A stretch of 20,000 bases of DNA, from the IMG/VR virus record IMGVR_UViG_3300044715_000653. One strand, given 5' to 3'. The notes beneath the pieces are model-generated. The model had not been told where the DNA came from, searched no databases, and saw only the letters and a program-made list of their open reading frames with translations. This DNA is from an uncultured virus (IMG/VR IMGVR_UViG_3300044715_000653) (taxonomy: Duplodnaviria > Heunggongvirae > Uroviricota > Caudoviricetes). Both the position numbers and the translations under genes were made by a program. Below, one piece after another: positions 15,141 to 20,000 of the stretch (the stretch's first letter is position 1; every line of letters begins with the position of its first letter).

Positions 15141-18100
15141 TTAAACTCCAGCTGCAATGCCACCTGTATTTTTCAATCGTACCGGAATGTAGATGAATTC
15201 AATTGCTTTAACTGGCTCAATTGCAATATCAACATACAATTCATTACGGTCGATTCGATCCGGTGTGTTGTTACTTGTATCACAAACTACCAAGTAGTCA
15301 TAGATACCACGTTTAGCAACTACATCATTAAGTACTGATTCAAATGCTTGTTTAACTTGGTTACGTGTAATTGTATCGTTTGGTTCAAATATGAACGGAC
15401 GAGCAACTTCATCTAATACTTTACGTAAGTAACATACTAAACGAGCAACGTTAATACGATCCATTGCACTTGTTAATGCTGAACGAGTTTTTTGACCGTA
15501 GTTTACTAAACCAACACCTGGTAATACTGTAATTGGGTTAACTCTTTGTGTGTACAATACATCACGTAGACCAGCAGTAACACCAATGCTACGGAACGCA
15601 TTACCGTCTGTTGTGTCAACATAACCAATTGCACTAACATTATCAATTAAGCCACGACGTACACCAGCTGGTGCAAACCATGGATAGCTAACATTGTCGC
15701 TACGAAGAATTGTACGTAACATCATATGGCTCGGAGGAACAACAACACTTTCGCCACCTAAGTCTGTACCTAAACCGCTTGGATAGAACACACCTAAGTA
15801 TTCACTTGAGCTTACTAAACCATTCATACCGTTATCAAATGCAAGATTTTGATTGCTTGCCCATGCTTCAATTTGTGTTGAAGCTGAATTTAATGTAAGC
15901 GGACTATCACCAATAATAAATGCAGTTTGTTTACGATCGTTATTTAAAGTAATCATGTTAGTGATTAACTCTGGATAACCAGGAGCACAAATTAAGTTAA
16001 ACTGTACTTGTTCTTCACGTAATGCAACGCTTGATTCAATTGCTGACTTCATAGCTTCAACAATAACATTGCGAACTGCTTTATGTCCAAAGTAAGGAAC
16101 TAAGTTTTCATCAACACCGCTGTTACTTACCCATGTTGCATCTTGAGTTTGGCCTGCTTTAGTAGAAGTTGCAAAATATGTGCTTTCGAAACGTTTAACA
16201 CCGTAACCACTACGACGTGTATTAAACAATAATGTACCACGTGAGTATAGTTGGTAGTCTGGACAATCATCATCTAACCAACTACTTGATGCTAAATCGG
16301 TAATGCTAGGAATAGCATCGACAATTGGATTTGTAGTACCGTTATAGCTCCAACGTGCATCAGCAAATAATACACCATCAGCACTAACTTGATCTGTATT
16401 GTCTAATAAATCCCATGTAGAACCATTGTAACGATAAATTACAGGATAATTTTCTAAATCGCCTGTGTCAATCCACAATTCACCTGCTGTAACTGCTGTC
16501 GAGCCATCACTTTGTGTGGTCGGTTGTGTTGGGCTTAAAATTGGACCTGCTGGATCAGTAGCCGTTAAATCGTATCCACGTGCATCGTTGGCTACAGTTT
16601 TGTAACCTTTCCAATTAACTCCGTCGTTAATCATAATATCAACTTCAAGTGCTGAATTGTAGTACCATAATGTACCATCTGCTGGATTGCTATATGGTTC
16701 TGTAGTTGAGTACGTATATGTTAACGGAGTGAACGGGCTAGCCAAGTAAATAGTACCTGCTGATATTTCTTGCATATTGCTGTCATTAGTTAATCCTGCG
16801 TCTGCTAGCGGAGTACCTGATGTTTGTGTAAATTTAATAGTACCACCAGCAAGATGACTAATACTAATTGCACCAGCTGTTGTAACTAATGCAACAATGT
16901 TTGGTAAGTTTGCTGCTAAAATGTCACCAACTAAACTTGCCGCAGTTGTACCGCTTAAATTAATAGTTGCAGATTGTGTAACAGTTGTTCCTGGTACACT
17001 AACTTCCATAATAAATGCATCGTTGGCATCAAATGTAATTGGGCTTACTGGAGTTGTACCTGTTACATTTACTAAACCAGATACGTTTTTAACGTATGGT
17101 TTAAATGTGCCTGTTGTTGTACCTAATGTATCATATTTAACATACACTGTACCAACTGCAATTTGGCCACCGCCGCCAACTAAATCTAATCCATTAATTG
17201 CTGTTGTATCGCTAGAAAACAACGGTGCTGCTAATAGGTTCCATGAATCTAACAGTGCGCTGTATTGTTTAATACCCCAGTTTGCACCGTTACCAGTAGC
17301 TGATGTTTTAAGCCAAATACTACCAAATGGACGTGGAGTTTGATCACTTGTTCTCCAAGCTGGAGTATTACGATATGTATCAAATGTTATTGTCGGACCA
17401 TTAAATGTCACAACGTTAGCATCGGTGCTAGAAAGTAGACCAAGTGTCACAGCACAGTCAACGTTGCCTACACCTAATGTAGTTCCTTTAGCAATTGTTA
17501 ATTGACCGTTTGGAAGTGACAAGTTACCGCTTGATGCAGCTAAACTATTAATACGTAATTCAATTTGTCCAGCAACGTTAACTGTTGAAATAACATTCTT
17601 GCCGCTCATTGCAGTATTAATATCAATATTTGCACTAGCAACTGTAGTACCATTTATAGTAATTGGTACACCATTTAATACTAGTTTACTGCCGCTTTGT
17701 AGGGTTGGTGATGAAACACTACCAGTTACTGTGGGCACTGCTTCCTGCCAAGCGTCGCTGCCAATCAATGCCCAGGTATTGTCCCAACGTTTGTAGTAAA
17801 TTGGATTTGATGTGCTTGTTGCATTAACAGCATACGTACCAATTGCACCAACTGATGTCAATGGCACTCCGCTAGTTAATTGTGCCGCGTCAGTAATTAC
17901 TGTTGGTGTTTGCAATGCAAATCCTGTTTCGGTCCACTCTGTGATACCCCAATTAGTACCAGCTGTACTTACATCTAACCAATATGCACCATCCGAAGCA
18001 GTACCTGTTGGACGAATACTTGTACCAGTTAACTCAGATAAATTAACATCAGCACGTTGAACATATATTTGATTAGACACACCTAATGCGCTGTAGGCTG

Positions 18101-18386
18101 CAAGTAGACCGTATTCGTTTAATTCATGTGCATGAATAGGATTATCACTTGCGTCAACTTGGAAATTGATGCCACCAAAGCCTGTAACTAATTCACGTTG
18201 ACTTGTGACTTTAATTAATTTATTAGCATTTGCTTTAGTTGTATAAGTTGCAGTTGTGCCTTGTGGGTTTAGTTTGTCTTGGTCTGTAGCCAATAATACA
18301 TAAGCAACTGTACCAGTTGCGGTTGGTTGGTATTGGCTTTCGTCTATAACGGTAACCGATACGCCTGGGGAAATTAATGATGCCAT
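15141..18386 (-). CDS. 18: Contractile tail sheath protein gp18 with a large internal insertion
   Basis: N-terminal 'SPGVSVTVIDES'; C-terminal 'VPPS', 'WFAPAGVRRG', 'LYTQRVNPI', 'YGQKT', 'DRINVARL', 'FEPND', 'VVCDTSNNTPDRIDRNEL', 'IEPVKAIEFIYI'. Confidence 0.96.
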   Translation of the reverse strand: MASLISPGVSVTVIDESQYQPTATGTVAYVLLATDQDKLNPQGTTATYTTKANANKLIKVTSQRELVTGFGGINFQVDASDNPIHAHELNEYGLLAAYSALGVSNQIYVQRADVNLSELTGTSIRPTGTASDGAYWLDVSTAGTNWGITEWTETGFALQTPTVITDAAQLTSGVPLTSVGAIGTYAVNATSTSNPIYYKRWDNTWALIGSDAWQEAVPTVTGSVSSPTLQSGSKLVLNGVPITINGTTVASANIDINTAMSGKNVISTVNVAGQIELRINSLAASSGNLSLPNGQLTIAKGTTLGVGNVDCAVTLGLLSSTDANVVTFNGPTITFDTYRNTPAWRTSDQTPRPFGSIWLKTSATGNGANWGIKQYSALLDSWNLLAAPLFSSDTTAINGLDLVGGGGQIAVGTVYVKYDTLGTTTGTFKPYVKNVSGLVNVTGTTPVSPITFDANDAFIMEVSVPGTTVTQSATINLSGTTAASLVGDILAANLPNIVALVTTAGAISISHLAGGTIKFTQTSGTPLADAGLTNDSNMQEISAGTIYLASPFTPLTYTYSTTEPYSNPADGTLWYYNSALEVDIMINDGVNWKGYKTVANDARGYDLTATDPAGPILSPTQPTTQSDGSTAVTAGELWIDTGDLENYPVIYRYNGSTWDLLDNTDQVSADGVLFADARWSYNGTTNPIVDAIPSITDLASSSWLDDDCPDYQLYSRGTLLFNTRRSGYGVKRFESTYFATSTKAGQTQDATWVSNSGVDENLVPYFGHKAVRNVIVEAMKSAIESSVALREEQVQFNLICAPGYPELITNMITLNNDRKQTAFIIGDSPLTLNSASTQIEAWASNQNLAFDNGMNGLVSSSEYLGVFYPSGLGTDLGGESVVVPPSHMMLRTILRSDNVSYPWFAPAGVRRGLIDNVSAIGYVDTTDGNAFRSIGVTAGLRDVLYTQRVNPITVLPGVGLVNYGQKTRSALTSAMDRINVARLVCYLRKVLDEVARPFIFEPNDTITRNQVKQAFESVLNDVVAKRGIYDYLVVCDTSNNTPDRIDRNELYVDIAIEPVKAIEFIYIPVRLKNTGGIAAGV

Positions 18387-18417
18387 TTTAGTATCCTTAT
18401 ATTATAATACTTTAAAA

Positions 18418-18481
18418 TATTTATCAGTATTATCAAAATACAGTCTATTAAGGAGCCTTTGGCAAAGGTTTGCTATAAATA
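18418..18481. promoter_or_regulatory. Divergent late promoters: TAAATA (minus, 18418-18423, for gp18) and TATAAATA (plus, 18474-18481)
   Basis: Both motifs are seen directly in the intergenic region. Confidence 0.7.
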
Positions 18482-18485
18482 CTGT

Positions 18486-18836
18486 ATGGAATTCCGCCCT
18501 TTATGTCAGAGTTGTGCTAGAAACCCCGCAGCAATTAACTATAAGCGTGGTGGTGTAACTCATTTTCGAACAAGATGCAGCGGTTGTATTAGAAAGAATA
18601 GAAAACTTGCACCACAAAAACCAACTTGGATACTTGCCGGGTATAAGAAAAAGCCACACTGTGAAAAATGTGGCTTTAAGGCAAAGTATAAAGAACAACT
18701 TAGTGTGTATTATGTCGATGGCAATTTAAAAAATAATTCACTATTTAATTTGAGAACAGTATGCGCTAATTGTCAAATTACTATCGTTAAAGAAGGCTTA
18801 GGTTGGACTCAAGGCGACTTGACTCCTGATTTCTGA
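18486..18836 (+). CDS. Cys-rich Zn-finger protein with degenerate HNH-like domain
   Basis: Four CxxC pairs (CQSC, CSGC, CEKC, CANC); 'QLSVYYVDGNLKNNSLFNLRTVCANCQ' matches the HNH pattern 'L.VHH.DG...NN...NL...C..CH'; start set to ATG 18486. Confidence 0.75.
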   Translation: MEFRPLCQSCARNPAAINYKRGGVTHFRTRCSGCIRKNRKLAPQKPTWILAGYKKKPHCEKCGFKAKYKEQLSVYYVDGNLKNNSLFNLRTVCANCQITIVKEGLGWTQGDLTPDF

Positions 18837-19463
18837 TACGATTAATTCTTCGGTACTAGCATATAATTCATCTATGCTACCATCGTTAGTCACAGTAACA
18901 TCAAACTTAGTACCAATCCACGCATACTCACTTGGGTGAATGCCCAAGTTATCTAGCTCACTTTTACCCAATGCCCACCCAATCTTTTTCATGCCAGCAT
19001 TCACAGTCTTGGCCGCATTATACCATTCAGGTTCAGCACCGCGTTTAACTCGCACAGTCTTGCCGCCTAGATTTTTAATCATTTTAATTTCGTTAGGAAA
19101 TCGGCAATCTGAGATTACAATGTCTTCATTTGTTTTACGTAGTTTATTTTCTAAACTTGCTATCCATATATCAGTATGGAATCCTTGACGACATACTTCA
19201 GTGCCCCAGTTTTGTAATACCCAACGCGGAGTAAGTTTGGGCATCTTTAAGCGTTTGGCCCACCACGGGTCTACTCGTTCACGCCAGGCTCTACCTTCTG
19301 CACTGCGCCCTTCAAGTAGTTCACGATCCCATCCAAATACTGTTGCGACTGCATCTTTAAGTGTGCCAGCAAAGCTCTCTCGTTTAAAGCCGTGCTCTGC
19401 TACTAGGTAATCTGCGATTGTGTCTTTGCCTGAACCGATGAATCCTGTTACTGATATAATCAT
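18798..19463 (-). CDS. 1: Deoxynucleoside monophosphate kinase gp1-like
   Basis: P-loop 'GFIGSGKDT', 'SFAGTLKD', 'TPRWVLQNWGTE', 'ISDCRFPNE', 'HPSE'. Confidence 0.92.
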   Translation of the reverse strand: MIISVTGFIGSGKDTIADYLVAEHGFKRESFAGTLKDAVATVFGWDRELLEGRSAEGRAWRERVDPWWAKRLKMPKLTPRWVLQNWGTEVCRQGFHTDIWIASLENKLRKTNEDIVISDCRFPNEIKMIKNLGGKTVRVKRGAEPEWYNAAKTVNAGMKKIGWALGKSELDNLGIHPSEYAWIGTKFDVTVTNDGSIDELYASTEELIVSEIRSQVALSPT

Positions 19464-19487
19464 ACTATTCCTTTCTGTATATAGTAT

Positions 19488-19516
19488 ATTATACTTTTAT
19501 TACAGACAGGTGTCAA
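19488..19516 (-). promoter_or_regulatory. Perfect sigma70 consensus (early) promoter for the dNMP kinase
   Basis: TTGACA (19511-19516), 17-nt spacer, TATAAT (19488-19493), then SD AAGGA before ATG 19463. Confidence 0.88.
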
Positions 19517-19524
19517 ATATTGAT

Positions 19525-20000
19525 TTAACCAGTTATCCAAGTTAACGGTGTGCCACCGTCGGCATAGGTTGATATTTCGGCATCTAGTTTGTCTAACAAT
19601 GCCTGCCCTTCTGCTTTGAGTGCTGCACCATTTAAACTACCGCCGCCTTGCGGACCTGCAATAGTAGCAAATTTTTCACGTGCTTGACCTATACTCATCA
19701 TCACCAATGCATAAGCATAGTCTTGTATCCACGGATATACCTGCGGATCGTTTAATAACATATTATCGGGTTTAACATTATATACCCATAATGCAACACT
19801 TTCTACCGCAGTAGAGTTTGGTCCTTGCCATGGTTGTTTGCGCAATACTGTTAATTTTTTAGTTGCTTTGTTAAACGTAAAGTTCATGTAGCCACCAAAC
19901 ATAGTCATTGCTAGCTCTTGGTATTGTGTAAACAATTCGTAGTTAGCAAGTCCACCTACTCGTCCTGCCACTAACATATAAGTGTTTAAATATCCACTTG
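19525..20000 (-). CDS. 13: Neck protein gp13-like (3' part; truncated by the window edge)
   Basis: 'WIQDYAYAL...GQAREKF...GPQGGGSLNGAALKAEG' matches the gp13 C-terminus; the frame stays open to the window end (..SGYLNTYMLV). Confidence 0.8.
   Translation of the reverse strand, partial: SGYLNTYMLVAGRVGGLANYELFTQYQELAMTMFGGYMNFTFNKATKKLTVLRKQPWQGPNSTAVESVALWVYNVKPDNMLLNDPQVYPWIQDYAYALVMMSIGQAREKFATIAGPQGGGSLNGAALKAEGQALLDKLDAEISTYADGGTPLTWITG

Noticed and set aside
18459..18836. Active HNH homing endonuclease or intron
   Set aside because: The catalytic His residues are absent, the flanking genes are uninterrupted and no group I intron structure was seen.
12218..19410. Remaining antisense ORFs (12218, 12954, 13100, 14104, 15126, 15710, 16897, 17599, 17812, 18501, 18940, 19201)
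   Set aside because: They overlap well-supported genes on the opposite strand and show no coding-like features.
1..20000. Stop-codon recoding, tRNAs, CRISPR arrays, inteins
   Set aside because: Core genes are full length under the standard code, with TAA and TGA both used as stops; intergenic gaps are short and lack cloverleafs or spaced repeats; TerL and UvsX have normal lengths.

Overview
A fragment of a large T4-like myovirus (Tevenvirinae-like superfamily, AT-rich, standard genetic code), almost entirely encoded on the minus strand. In transcription order: neck gp13 (partial), dNMP kinase gp1, an opposite-strand Zn-finger/degenerate HNH gene, an oversized tail sheath gp18 (1081 aa), tail tube gp19, a tube-paralogous gp54/gp48-like protein, a hypothetical, head-completion nuclease gp4, a candidate small terminase, five Glu-rich hypothetical head-type proteins, an opposite-strand glycosyltransferase-like gene, large terminase gp17, a 2OG-Fe(II) oxygenase, a 713-aa acidic modular protein, then gp32 SSB, UvsX, a small acidic ORF and UvsY. 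No tRNA, rRNA, CRISPR array, intron or intein was seen. Three signals stand out. (i) A set of large proteins is built as chains of small modules separated by hydrophobic-x-Glu sites and shares N-terminal and 'LAG[LIM]' motifs, suggesting prohead-protease-processed polyprotein cargo. (ii) Five late promoters (TAAATA/TAAGTA) lie only 4-7 nt upstream of SD-less ATGs, implying leaderless late mRNAs. (iii) A hairpin plus A/C-rich leader precedes a gp32 variant that lacks part of the T4 Zn site. All product calls rest on motif recognition by eye; no database searches were run.
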